DNA of 63,369 nucleotides, the filler included, from Candidatus Tectimicrobiota bacterium (GTDB lineage Bacteria > JACPSX01): the NCBI GenBank assembly GCA_016193065.1. It is 7 parts of 7 records of this genome, joined end to end, with 100 filler letters (N's around TTAATTAATTAA, not from the genome) between each part and the next. Parts side by side here need not be neighbours in the genome. Positions count along the whole stretch, not along the records: positions 23,649 to 45,413 come from JACPSX010000092.1; positions 45,514 to 48,948 come from JACPSX010000093.1; positions 49,049 to 60,127 come from JACPSX010000142.1; 4 more parts are not named here. One strand, 5' to 3'. Positions 39,403 to 49,196 of this stretch are shown one piece after another; within the stretch, counting starts at the first letter, position 1, and each line of letters opens with the position of its first letter. The notes below the pieces were generated by a model. It did no database searches. It saw nothing but the letters and a program-made list of their open reading frames with translations, and had not been told where the DNA came from. A program made the position numbers and the translations under genes.

Positions 39403-40897
39403 GCGCGTCCTGGCTCGGGATGTTGCCCCGGAGCTTACGCCCCAGTTCGATCAAGGCGGCCCTTGTCGGATAGCGGAGGGAGCGAAGGTCGGCGGCGTTG
39501 ACTTGAGTATGGCCGTTGAACTGGCGGAAGTACATGTCGAGAGGCGAAGAATTCAGAAAGGCAGACAGGCCCCAAGCCAGCAACCGTTCAAGCGCTGCGC
39601 CATGCTCATGGAAGTAGTTGAGGTGATTCTCAAAGCCCACGGCTTCACAGGCAACAATGCGATCATCGAAAACAGCAGCCACGACTCGACGGCGCTCCTC
39701 CTTCGCGGAAAAGCGCTTGACGAGCACATATATTCCGGAAGGGACCGTAAGTGCTGCGCTGCTGCTGTTGTAAACGATGGCATTCGCTTTCTTGGTCGTC
39801 GGCTTCGGCCACTGGACGCCGCCGCCGTCGAAGTGGGTGGGATGGATGAGCGGAACGGTGTCCGCGCCGGGCTGTGAACGCAGCCAGCGACGAGCGCGAA
39901 AGTCCACAACGCGACCGGTACTCACCTCCAGCCCTAGATCGTCCAGCGTGCAGGGGAGTCTCTCCATGGCGTCGGCGACGGCTTGACCCTCGCGATCTAG
40001 GACGAGATGTATGAACGCTTGGGCATCACCAGGCCGGACAACACGTCGAAAGGGGACGGCTCGCTCTACGACATTCTGGTCCTCAGGGGTGCGGCTCCAG
40101 GAGATTCGAACGGTGCGTTCCTGACGGACCCCCTTGACGCCGTGAAGAATCACGTTTTCCTGAAGCACGTCGTCGTCACGGAAGGGGTCGTCCCGGGATT
40201 CGAAAACGTGAACCCTCCTCAGGTTGACGTTGCTCAGGAGGTGCCTACGAAACGGTCGAAAATACGGTCCGTTGCAGAAGCTTCTTGGCGTAATGGCGAC
40301 GAGCTCTCCCTCATCGTCCAAGAGCATGACGACGAGGGCAAGAAAGGCCGTGTAAAGGTTGCTCGTTTCTACGCTGACACGGCGGAGGAGTTGACGGGGG
40401 CGGGACTCAGCCCGAAACTTCTTGTACGGCGGATTGAGGATCGCCAGATCAAAGGCCAGAGACTCGGTGGGAAAGAGGCCCTTGTCGAGAGCGCAGACAG
40501 CCGCTTCGATGAAGTCCTCTGCTCGCACCTCCCATTTGCAGGCTATGCCAACCTCGGCACACGCCCGCTCGCAGGCTGCTAATGTCTGCCGGAGTGGCGG
40601 CAGGAGGTCCTGATCTATCTCAAATGCAGTCAGAGCGACCTCCTCGGGACGATGTGTGCGCGAGCATATTTCGGCCACCCAGGCTGCTGTCAGTGCTCCA
40701 GCTCCGGCGCCAGGATCAAGGAAACGAATGCGCTTACGTCGTGGATCGGCCAGGGAGGCCATGAAGCGGGCTGTCGTGGGAGGGGTGAAGAACTGCCCGA
40801 GGGTGCTTCGGCGCTTTGGATCGAGGGCGCGGCTAACTGCTCTCCTCGCCTTCTCAGCAGATACCAGTGGGTCCAACATGTTTGCCCCTGAATTCAC
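39370..40897 (-). CDS. N6-adenine DNA methyltransferase (BsuBI/PstI, Eco57I-like); stop lost at junction with REase
   Basis: LGQFFTP, LDPGAGAG, NPPY, PRSFCNGPYF and GHTQVNA motifs; the ORF runs on out of frame to 39188. Confidence 0.92.
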
Positions 40898-40959
40898 CGG
40901 GAGGTAGCCCCATCAGCCCACCAAGAGTATAGGACGAAAGCCCCGCCTCATCTGAAACA

Positions 40960-40988
40960 ACTCTATTTCCTTGCTTATTCAATGTCAA
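40960..40988 (-). promoter_or_regulatory. Sigma70-type promoter heading module 2 (RM)
   Basis: TTGACA-ttgaataagcaaggaaa-TAGAGT. Confidence 0.75.
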
Positions 40989-41020
40989 GGCTGATTACCG
41001 CGGCCTTCCTCGGAGGAACC

Positions 41021-41128
41021 ATGTGCCGCTATTTCGGTGGTCACAACGTCCAGGAGAACTGCGAGAAGTGCCACCGCAAGGAGCCCACGGCCATGGCCCC
41101 ATCGCCTCACGCCAAATCGGCGGGCTAA
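41021..41128 (+). CDS. Possible 35-aa CxxCH mini-ORF inside repeat C
   Basis: GGAGG RBS, then MCRYFGGHNVQENCEKCHRKEPTAMAPSPHAKSAG*. Confidence 0.4.
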   Translation: MCRYFGGHNVQENCEKCHRKEPTAMAPSPHAKSAG

Positions 41129-41201
41129 TCCCGAGTTACAAAATCGAATGCCGCCTTGAGACACGACCTGGTGCCGCTGGGGTGACCTCTCCTTCCCAAT
41201 C

Positions 41202-41531
41202 TCAACGGAGGACGATGGGCCGGGCTGCGATGTTCCCACGAATTTGGAGAGTGTTTCGGTAGAGCAGTCGTTGCCCCCAGTAAATCTCAAGGTAATATGG
41301 CTCTGGTCTCAACGGAACATTCGAAAAAAAATAGTGACCAGAGACATCGGTGAATGATGGTGAGCTTCGGCCAAGCACCGGGTGAACCAGAAAAACGGTC
41401 AAGCCGGGAATTCCCCGATTGGAACCGTTTAAGACATTGCCTTGGAGGGTTTCCGCCCACACTGGCTGGGGAATGATCAGAAGGGCAAAGAAGCTAACTC
41501 CGAGGATTGCGACCAGTATTACTTTTTTCAT
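41202..41531 (-). CDS. Secreted carboxypeptidase-regulatory-like (prealbumin fold) protein
   Basis: Signal peptide; LQGNVLN...GIPGLTV...TDVSGHYFFSNVP pattern. Confidence 0.75.
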   Translation of the reverse strand: MKKVILVAILGVSFFALLIIPQPVWAETLQGNVLNGSNRGIPGLTVFLVHPVLGRSSPSFTDVSGHYFFSNVPLRPEPYYLEIYWGQRLLYRNTLQIRGNIAARPIVLR

Positions 41532-41542
41532 GGTTCACTCTG

Positions 41543-42142
41543 TTAGAATTTCCCGCTCTGGTCCAGACCAGGCAGGTTGGCGGGCGCGGATTTAATATTT
41601 TCCGCCCTCTCGTTGGGCTTTTCCGCGACTTTGGTGCCACCGTGTATCTCGCCGAGTAAAACTACCCCCTTTCGCACGTCCTGCGTAAGGATTGTTTTGA
41701 TGATCTTGGGCGGATTGTAGCCGGGCATAACAATTTCGAAAATAATCTTGTCCACGTTTGGATAGATCACCTCCTCAATCACGCCTCCTGTCGACGGTGT
41801 GGTGTCCTTCAATTTGTTAGAAACAGAAATTGTGGCGGCTGTGGGATCATCGGTCAGCAACTTGCCCGAGACTTTCAAGGGTTGTACAGCAGAAGGTTTC
41901 GAAAAATAGAGTGCAATGGTGATGAAGGTCAATCCGATAACGAAAATACCCAAAGCTGGATAGCGCGTTGTTACGTTAATCATCTTCTTAAACTCTACCT
42001 TGATAGCTTCTTCAGGGTTGGACTCTTTGAGAGTAATCGTTCCTTTGTACAGTAGGATCATTCCTCCGACGACCATAAGCAAACCACTTATACCCCCAAA
42101 AACGATAATGAGATCGAATGCCGGCATTTTGAGCCCTCCCAA
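41543..42142 (-). CDS. Hypothetical membrane protein (2 TM plus beta-rich domain)
   Basis: Low-GC ORF of 199 aa; start may be ATG 42127. Confidence 0.7.
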   Translation of the reverse strand: MGGLKMPAFDLIIVFGGISGLLMVVGGMILLYKGTITLKESNPEEAIKVEFKKMINVTTRYPALGIFVIGLTFITIALYFSKPSAVQPLKVSGKLLTDDPTAATISVSNKLKDTTPSTGGVIEEVIYPNVDKIIFEIVMPGYNPPKIIKTILTQDVRKGVVLLGEIHGGTKVAEKPNERAENIKSAPANLPGLDQSGKF

Positions 42143-42513
42143 CGTCTACCAAATGACCCTTCTCACCAAGAACGAGGAATGGAATATATATTTACCTTTC
42201 GGATCGAGACCTGTCAAATATATCAGCCAGGTTGCACACCCCCTCTTATTAGAGCTGCTCGCACATTCGAAACCTGATATTACCCCCTTGGATCAGTCCC
42301 TTGGGAACAACCTAGGCTGCTACCAGGGGCGGGGTGCTCGTTGACTTCACTAACTGCCTCGGAGGGCCAGGGGATACCGGCTCCTTTTGGGGTGTGGGGC
42401 AAAAAACTAAAGGGCCTCAACCCCCAAAACTGCGATACCTTTCTCAGGTTACTTTTGCGCGCCTGTTTAGGTCCTACACTCCAAACAAAACCAACGCTTG
42501 AATACCAATCTAT

Positions 42514-42552
42514 TGAAGCAACTCTATTTCTTTAGCCGGCCAATGTCAAGGC
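42514..42552 (-). promoter_or_regulatory. Partial repeat copy D: sigma70-type promoter heading module 3
   Basis: TTGACA-ttggccggctaaagaaa-TAGAGT (42549-42521); matches only the first 39 bp of repeats B and C. Confidence 0.75.
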
Positions 42553-42863
42553 CAGGCAGTGATGATCACGAAGCCCTCGGGCTCGCCCCCAAAACAAAAT
42601 CTTTTATTTACAAGTAGACTGCAAGACCGGTAGAATAAAAAGTCAGTTTCCCATACAAGAACAGGCCAGGCCGGGATTGCACTTATCACCCTTAACCAAG
42701 AAGGGGACAAACCTAGTGCCACATTCCTCCCTGGCAAAGCTCCAGAGGCGAATTTCCTACCTGGCTCAAGGGTCGATGTGGGCCTTCGCATCCTGGAATG
42801 CTTCCTGGGGCCCGAAAGAGATTAAGAGAAAAGGAAAACGCTAACCCAACTCGTAGGAGACAA

Positions 42864-43991
42864 ATGATGCCAGGCGTGCAACCAATCCCCCTGACTGATG
42901 AGCTCGTGCGTGAGGCCCGCGCGATGATCGGAAAGGAAGTCTCCCGAGCCAAGCCCGGCAATCAATGGAACGAAGAGGCGAGCCGAGATGCCATCCGGCA
43001 TTATGCCCACGGCATTGGCGACGACAATCCACTCTGGTGCGATCCGGCCTACGGTAAGAAAAGCGCCTATGGCTGCACAATCGCCCCGCCCACGTTCCTG
43101 CACACGGTGGACACCACGATCGTAGCTCCCGGCCTGGGGGGCATCCAGCTCATCTTTGGAGGGACCGATTGGACTTTCCACGACACGGTGCGTGGCGGCG
43201 ATGGGATTACTCCCTGTGTAAAGATTGCCGACGTAGAGGAACATCACGGGAAAAAGGTTGGCCGCTTTCTTATCCAGGTGGGAGAAATCACCTATACACG
43301 ACAGGATGGAAAGCTCATGGCTCGTGCTCTGGGACGGACGCTGCGCATCCCCCGGGTGGGGGCCGAGGGCCAGATGCGCCATGAACAGCGCCGGCAGACC
43401 TACACCGAGGAGCAACTGGAAGCAATCCGCCAGGAAGTTCTGCAGGAGAAAAGGAGAGGGTCTCAAACTCGGTTCTGGGAGGCGGTAGAGGCGGGGGAAC
43501 TGCTGACTCCGGTTGTGAAAGGCCCCCTCAACCTGATCGACATGGTCTGTTACATGGCCGGACTCGGCTATCCTACCCCGTTCAAAGCTCTGGAGCGTTC
43601 CTACCTTGACCCTTACCAGGGCGACAAAATGTTCTATCGCAATGAGCGAGGGGATCTGATCAACGCCGCCGTCGGGCACCTGGACGAAAACGTGGCCAGG
43701 GAAATCATCGGCATGCCCGGGGCCTACGACGTGGGCCACCAGCGCATAAGCTGGATGGGCCACCTCCTGACGAACTGGATGGGGGACGAGGGGTTTCTCA
43801 AGCGCCTCCAGGTGAAGATCGAGAGGCCGAACCTCTTCGGGGATACGACCTGGTGTCGCGGACGGGTCACGGGCAAGCGCCAGGAGGGCGGTGAGTGCCT
43901 GGTCGACTGCGAGCTGTGGGCGGAAAACCAGCGCCAGGAAATTACCGTCACAGGAACGGCCACCGTCCGGCTGCGCAGTCGGGAAGTATAA
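42864..43991 (+). CDS. Double hot-dog MaoC/FAS1-like acyl dehydratase
   Basis: IRHYAHGIGDDNPLW, IAPPTF, second domain NWMGDEGFL...GDTTW; AGGAG RBS. Confidence 0.85.
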   Translation: MMPGVQPIPLTDELVREARAMIGKEVSRAKPGNQWNEEASRDAIRHYAHGIGDDNPLWCDPAYGKKSAYGCTIAPPTFLHTVDTTIVAPGLGGIQLIFGGTDWTFHDTVRGGDGITPCVKIADVEEHHGKKVGRFLIQVGEITYTRQDGKLMARALGRTLRIPRVGAEGQMRHEQRRQTYTEEQLEAIRQEVLQEKRRGSQTRFWEAVEAGELLTPVVKGPLNLIDMVCYMAGLGYPTPFKALERSYLDPYQGDKMFYRNERGDLINAAVGHLDENVAREIIGMPGAYDVGHQRISWMGHLLTNWMGDEGFLKRLQVKIERPNLFGDTTWCRGRVTGKRQEGGECLVDCELWAENQRQEITVTGTATVRLRSREV

Positions 43992-44012
43992 AGGAAGGGA
44001 GGGTCCGAGGTC

Positions 44013-44873
44013 ATGAGGGACTTCCTGGCAATCGATGTGGCGACGGATCTCCGCCACGTAGGTGCTCAGCATTCGCAATGGAGCCCGATCCAAAGGGGTG
44101 GGCTCGACCGCCTCTTTGGATCGGAGGCCTTCAGCGAGGTCGTGAGTCCTGAAGTGTCTCTGCGGGAGATGGACGAGGCGGGAGTGGAAAAGACGTTCGT
44201 CATGGCAATGACCCGACGGCCGGCCCGAGAGAGAGGCGGAGTATCCTATGAACAGGTGGCGGAGCTTGTCGCCCGCCATCCGGACCGGCTCGTGGGCCGT
44301 CTGCGCCTGGATCCCCGCAGCGGCGCCATGGGTTACTGGGACCTCGCCGAAGAGCTCCGGGACATGGAGCGGGCGGTCAAGGAATTCGGCTTCCGCTCCA
44401 TGTTCTTGACTCCAGGGGAAGTCCGGCGCCCTCCCAATGACAAGGTCTACTACCCGTTTTACGCCAAGTGCGTGGAACTCGATCTCGTGGTCAGCATCCA
44501 TGTCGGTCACGACGGCGCTCTCAGGCCATCCGAGATGAGCCGGCCGCTGCATCTGGACGAGGTGGCGCTTGATTTCCCCGATCTCAAATTCATCGGATTC
44601 CACATCGGTTGGCCCTGGACCGAGGAGATGATCGCGCTGGCCGTGAAATTTCCCAACGTCTACATCGATCTCACGGCCCACGCGCCCCGACACTATCCAC
44701 CCGAGATCGTGACATATATGCGCAGCCGGGGGCAAGACAAGGTGCTGTGGGGAGCTTTCCACCCGGCCATCCCCTGGAAGCGAGCCCGGGAGGAGTTCGA
44801 CCAGATCGATCTGAAGGAGAGCGTGCGTCGCAAGATCCTGCGCGAGAACGCCCAGAAGCTGTTCAGGTTCTAA
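44013..44873 (+). CDS. Amidohydrolase_2 family protein
   Basis: YYPFYAKCVEL, DFPDLKFIGFHIGWPW and PNVYID motifs. Confidence 0.88.
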   Translation: MRDFLAIDVATDLRHVGAQHSQWSPIQRGGLDRLFGSEAFSEVVSPEVSLREMDEAGVEKTFVMAMTRRPARERGGVSYEQVAELVARHPDRLVGRLRLDPRSGAMGYWDLAEELRDMERAVKEFGFRSMFLTPGEVRRPPNDKVYYPFYAKCVELDLVVSIHVGHDGALRPSEMSRPLHLDEVALDFPDLKFIGFHIGWPWTEEMIALAVKFPNVYIDLTAHAPRHYPPEIVTYMRSRGQDKVLWGAFHPAIPWKRAREEFDQIDLKESVRRKILRENAQKLFRF

Positions 44874-44886
44874 GGAGGAATCAATC

Positions 44887-45413
44887 ATGACAACCAGCCA
44901 TGACAAGATGGACCGGCGCCGTTTTCTTATGACTTCGGGGATCCTGCTCGGCAGCGCGGCTGTAAATCCCCTGTGGCTGCACTGGGCTTCGGCGCAAGAA
45001 CTGGCCAGGCAGCAGGTGATCCGCTATGCCAGCAACCATGAGGACATCAAGTCCATGGATCCCATGGCCGAGACGAACACCGAGGAATACATGATCAGCC
45101 GGCTCATGCACGAAGGCCTGGTCGCCTTCCCGCCCGGAAACGACTTTGCACTGGATAACCTGCAGCCGGGGCTGGCGGAACGCTGGGAGACTTCTGCGGA
45201 CGGCAAGACCTGGACTTTCTTTTTGCGCTCCGGCGTCGTATTCCACAAGGGCTTTGGCGAATTGAGCGCTGAAGACGTCAAGTTCACCTACGACCGCATC
45301 CGCGATCCAAAACTCGGCTCCTCGCACCGGGGGCGCTACGCGAACATCCAGGAGGTCAGGGTCCTCGACAAACGAACCGTGCGCTTCTCCCTGGCCAGCC
45401 TGGATATCCTCTT
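44887..45413 (+). CDS. ABC transporter substrate-binding protein family 5, Tat signal (partial)
   Basis: DRRRFL; PGLAERWETSADGKTWTFFLRSGVVFH. Confidence 0.9.
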
Positions 45414-45513
45414 NNNNNNNNNNNNNNNNNNNNNNNNNNNNNNNNNNNNNNNNNNNNTTAATTAATTAANNNNNNNNNNNNNNNNNNNNNNNNNNNNNNN
45501 NNNNNNNNNNNNN
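45414..45513. other. Artificial contig spacer
   Basis: N44-TTAATTAATTAA-N44. Confidence 0.97.
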
Positions 45514-47303
45514 AGGGCCAGATGCGTGAGCGCCTGGGGAAAATTACCCAAAGCCTCGCCGCACGGCCCCGTCTCTTCCGCATAAAGGCCGAGATGGTTC
45601 GCGTAACCGAGCATCCTTTCAAACATGAGACGCGCCTCGTCCAATTTCCTCCGATCGGTCCTTCCGGCTCGCGTCAGCGCCTCCACGAGCCAGAAGGTGC
45701 ACATATTAAAAGTCCCCTCGTCTCCTTCGAGGCCGTCTACGCCTGCCTTCGCATGGTAACGGTAAACCAGGCTGTTCGAGACGAGCCCGCCCTTGGCAGG
45801 CGAGCGGTTGATGGCATCGAGAGTCTTGAGCATCCGGGGATCGGTCGGCGACACGAAGAAGACAAGGGGCATCAAGAGATTGGAAGCGTCCAGCGTTTCG
45901 CCTCCATAGTACTGAACAAAGGCCTGAGCTTTATCGCTCCAGCCCTTGTTCATGATCTCCTCGTAGATCGTATCACGGGCCTTGAGCCAGCGCTCCCGAT
46001 CGGCAGGGAAGGAGCGTTTCTCGGCCAGCCGCAACCCCCTGTCCAGCGCCACCCAGCCCATGAGTTTGGAATAAACGAAGTGCTGGGGCTCGCCTCGGAC
46101 CTCCCAGATGCCGCGGTCTTCTCTACGCCAATTATCGCAAACCCAGTTGATAAGGCGCCCGAGCTCCTTCCAGAGGCCGTAAGAAATGGGCGTCCCGTAC
46201 TTGTTATAAAGATAGACAGAATCCATGAGCGCCCCGTAGATATCGAGCTGGAGCTGGTGGTGGGCGCCGTTCCCGATCCTGACGGGCCGTGAATTTCTGT
46301 AGCCTTCAAGATGATCGAGGGTCGTCTCGGTCAGGTCATGGCGGCCGTCGATTCCGTACATGACTTGCAGCGAGCCGTCGGGATCAAGCTCGTGGCAGCG
46401 CGCCTCAAGCCAGTCGATAAACCTGGCGGCTTCCTGGGTGAAGCCGATGCGCATGAGAGCGTAGAGCGTGAAGGCTGCATCCCGGATCCACGTGTATCGG
46501 TAATCCCAATTGCGGCTCCCCCCAATGTGCTCCGGCAGGCTGCAGGTCGGCGCTGCGACAATGGCCCCGGTCTGCTCATAGGTGAGGAGCTTGAGCACCA
46601 GGGCCGAGCGGTGGACGATCTCCCGCCAGCGGCCCTGGTAGGCGCATTTCGAAAGCCAGCGGCGCCAGTAGCGCACGGTGCTCTCGAAGAGGCGTTCGGC
46701 TTCCCCCTCGCTCAGCGCCTGGCCGCAACCCGACCTGGAGGGTGTTTGCTGGAGGAGAAATATAGCCGTCTCTCCCTCATGCAGCGTAAATTCCGCGACA
46801 GCTCCTCCCAGGCCGTCTGCCTTGAGCGGAACTTTCGTCGCCAGGCCAAGGCTCAAGTCCAAGGAATCGAAGCTCACGCCCTCGGGGCAGACGCGGACCT
46901 CGTGCTTGTCCCGGGAATAGTTGAACGCCGGCCGACACTCCATGCGGAAGGGCATCGTCCCGCGCACCAGGCTCACGCGACGGATGATCTGATGTTGACC
47001 GTGCCATGGCCCCGGCTCACCGATGGGCATGTAATCGGCAATCTCCGCAACCCCCTCCGGGGACAGAAACCGGGTAATGAGAACGTTGGTATCCGGCCAG
47101 TAAAACTGCTTGCGCGTTACACTCTTGACAGTAGGCGCGATCTGAAAACGCCCATCATTCCTGTCATCCAGAATGGCCGCAAAGATGCTCGGGGAATCGA
47201 ATCGGGGAAAGCAAAGCCAGTCGATCGAGCCGTTCATACCCACGAGCGCCACCGTGTGCAGGTCCCCGATAACACCGTAGTTTTCAATTGGTTGATAGCC
47301 CAT
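45514..47303 (-). CDS. Glycoside hydrolase family 15 (glucoamylase/trehalase-like), last residues cut off
   Basis: [25 protein letters not shown] and GNFPQALTH motifs. Confidence 0.94.
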
Positions 47304-47374
47304 AACGGCCAGTCTTTATCAGAAAACCACCCTGGAGAAAAAGGGTTCCGATTTCAGAACGGGGTATAGTTACT

Positions 47375-47460
47375 CAAACGATCACCTCCTCAGCATGGCG
47401 GCCCAAGAGTTGCGCGCCGAGGATACGATTGGTCCCTTCCTCGATCAGTACTTTAACCCT
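47375..47460 (-). pseudogene. Fragment of a pyridine nucleotide-disulfide reductase dimerisation domain
   Basis: KVLIEEGTNRILGAQLLGRHAEEVI. Confidence 0.6.
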
Positions 47461-48171
47461 CTCCTCTAAAGCTCGATTTTTGGATCGTGAAGCTGCTTCC
47501 ACGGCCGCCGAAAGCCCGCTGTCGAGATTCAATGTGGCACTCGTCAAGTCTTACTTCTCCAACTCTACGCCAAGTGCGTCGCTCGTACGGTTAACATAAG
47601 AATACACTGCTGTCCCAACGTTTGTTTCAAGAATCTAACCCCGATCTGACATTAATCAGCTCAAGAAATCATTTCTGATAAGCGTTGAATCGCAGGAAAA
47701 AGCTATTAGTACCATGAATGAATAACTCACCTTTCATGAGTTTACGAACCTGCGATCCATATATCGGCAACCCTTGTAGCACGCGGTCCTGGATCACATT
47801 TGGTCGATTCTTTTTGTCAGATCGGGGCTAAGTAACGCTTTGGAAGCAAAAGGTTTTTAGACAAAAATGTCATTCTCTATCATATGGGGATCCGGGGCAA
47901 CGTCTCACGCAATACAGTGGCGCACGCGAACAGCGACCCTTCCTCGGGGATTCAACCCGGAAAACACACGATTTGCAACGGCATTGCTTCCCCGGGAGGG
48001 GGAACTCGGATCGAAGTGCAGGTTCCGATTCAACCAAGCTCTGCCGGTACCGCTCCAACGTGATGTGCTTAACTTGAGCAACATGCCCAGCAATGTAGAC
48101 GACATGAACCGAGAAGGCAGCCGAAAAGAGTCGGGATGGAACCGCCGGCAATACCGGCCAGGGGAAATGCC

Positions 48172-48745
48172 GTGAAGCGCGCCCGTTTGATGGTGGCGGA
48201 TGATCATGCTCTTCATCGTGGAGGGAATTCGAAAGTTGCTCGAATCCGAGTTCGAGCTCGTGGGAGTGGTGGGCGACGGAAGAATCCTCCTCCAGGAAGC
48301 GGAACGACTGACGCCCGACCTGATCCTGGTGGACATCTCCATGCCCGGACTCAACGGCATTGAGGCGGTTCGCCGTTTGCGGAAAACCCTTCCGAAGACG
48401 AAATTCGTCTTCCTCACCATGCATTCCGAGCCGATTTATGTCCGGGAGGCCGTGGCCATGGGAGCCGCCGGATACGTGCTCAAATCCTCGGCTCCCTCGG
48501 AACTGCTGCAGGCCCTTCGGGAAGCGCTTCAGGACCGGGTCTATCTAACTCCCCTGGTAATGAAGGAGACTACGCAGTTTCTGCTGGCCGGCCATCCGGA
48601 GACGGCAGGGGGAATTCCTTCTCTGACTCCTCGCCAGCGCGAAGTGCTTCAACTCGTCGCCGAGGGGCGCACCACCAAGGAGATTGCGGGTATCTTGAAC
48701 ATCTCGCCCCGGACCGTGCCACCCGGCCCGCAGCCGCAACCTTGA
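48172..48745 (+). pseudogene. NarL/LuxR-family response regulator; +1 frameshift near 48213, HTH truncated
   Basis: RLMVADDHAL in one frame, IVEGIRKLL...DISMP...LTPRQREVL in another; ends at SPRTV. Confidence 0.85.
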
Positions 48746-48812
48746 GACCTTCATCATGGGCTGAGGAAAAAGACCCCGCTCACGGTGCCAGAGGACTCGG
48801 ATGCCGGGCGCC

Positions 48813-48948
48813 TCATTTCCTTGCGTACCCGCGAGCGATCATGCAGCGATAAAACGCCGTTTCCTGGCGGGAGTACAAGCTCGGTCCGGCGCCGGAGCTG
48901 ATCTTCTGGGAATCACGCGTGCACTTGTAGAAGTCGCGGTTCCACTGC
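48813..48948 (-). CDS. Paralog of the small lipoprotein at 13230-13451 (3' part)
   Basis: Reads QWNRDFYKCTRDSQKISSGAGPSLYSRQETAFYRCMIARGYARK*. Confidence 0.85.
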
Positions 48949-49048
48949 NNNNNNNNNNNNNNNNNNNNNNNNNNNNNNNNNNNNNNNNNNNNTTAATTAA
49001 TTAANNNNNNNNNNNNNNNNNNNNNNNNNNNNNNNNNNNNNNNNNNNN
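48949..49048. other. Artificial contig spacer
   Basis: N44-TTAATTAATTAA-N44. Confidence 0.97.
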
Positions 49049-49119
49049 GAACTCTCAATCCGGCCGACACAACTCACGTCGCAAGCGCTTCGTGAGCCCA
49101 AGGGGGCGCTCCCGAGGAT
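49049..49119. repeat. Dispersed intergenic repeat, copy 2
   Basis: Reverse complement of 5595-5663; located at a contig edge. Confidence 0.85.
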
Positions 49120-49196
49120 CTGGGAAGAGTTGCAATTCCGCAGTGATAAACCGGGGGGAACCTCAGGGCAAGTTAATCCAAGGAATCGTGGTCAGG

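Larger units (their letters stand above)
40953..41128 (+). repeat. 176-bp junction repeat, copy C
   Basis: About 25 substitutions and no indels versus copy B by manual alignment. Confidence 0.95.

Noticed and set aside
37892-42552. CRISPR array, pdif (XerC/D) sites or DGR template for the repeats
   Set aside because: Spacing is in kilobases; there is no dif consensus; differences are not adenine-specific; no cas or reverse transcriptase gene is in the window.
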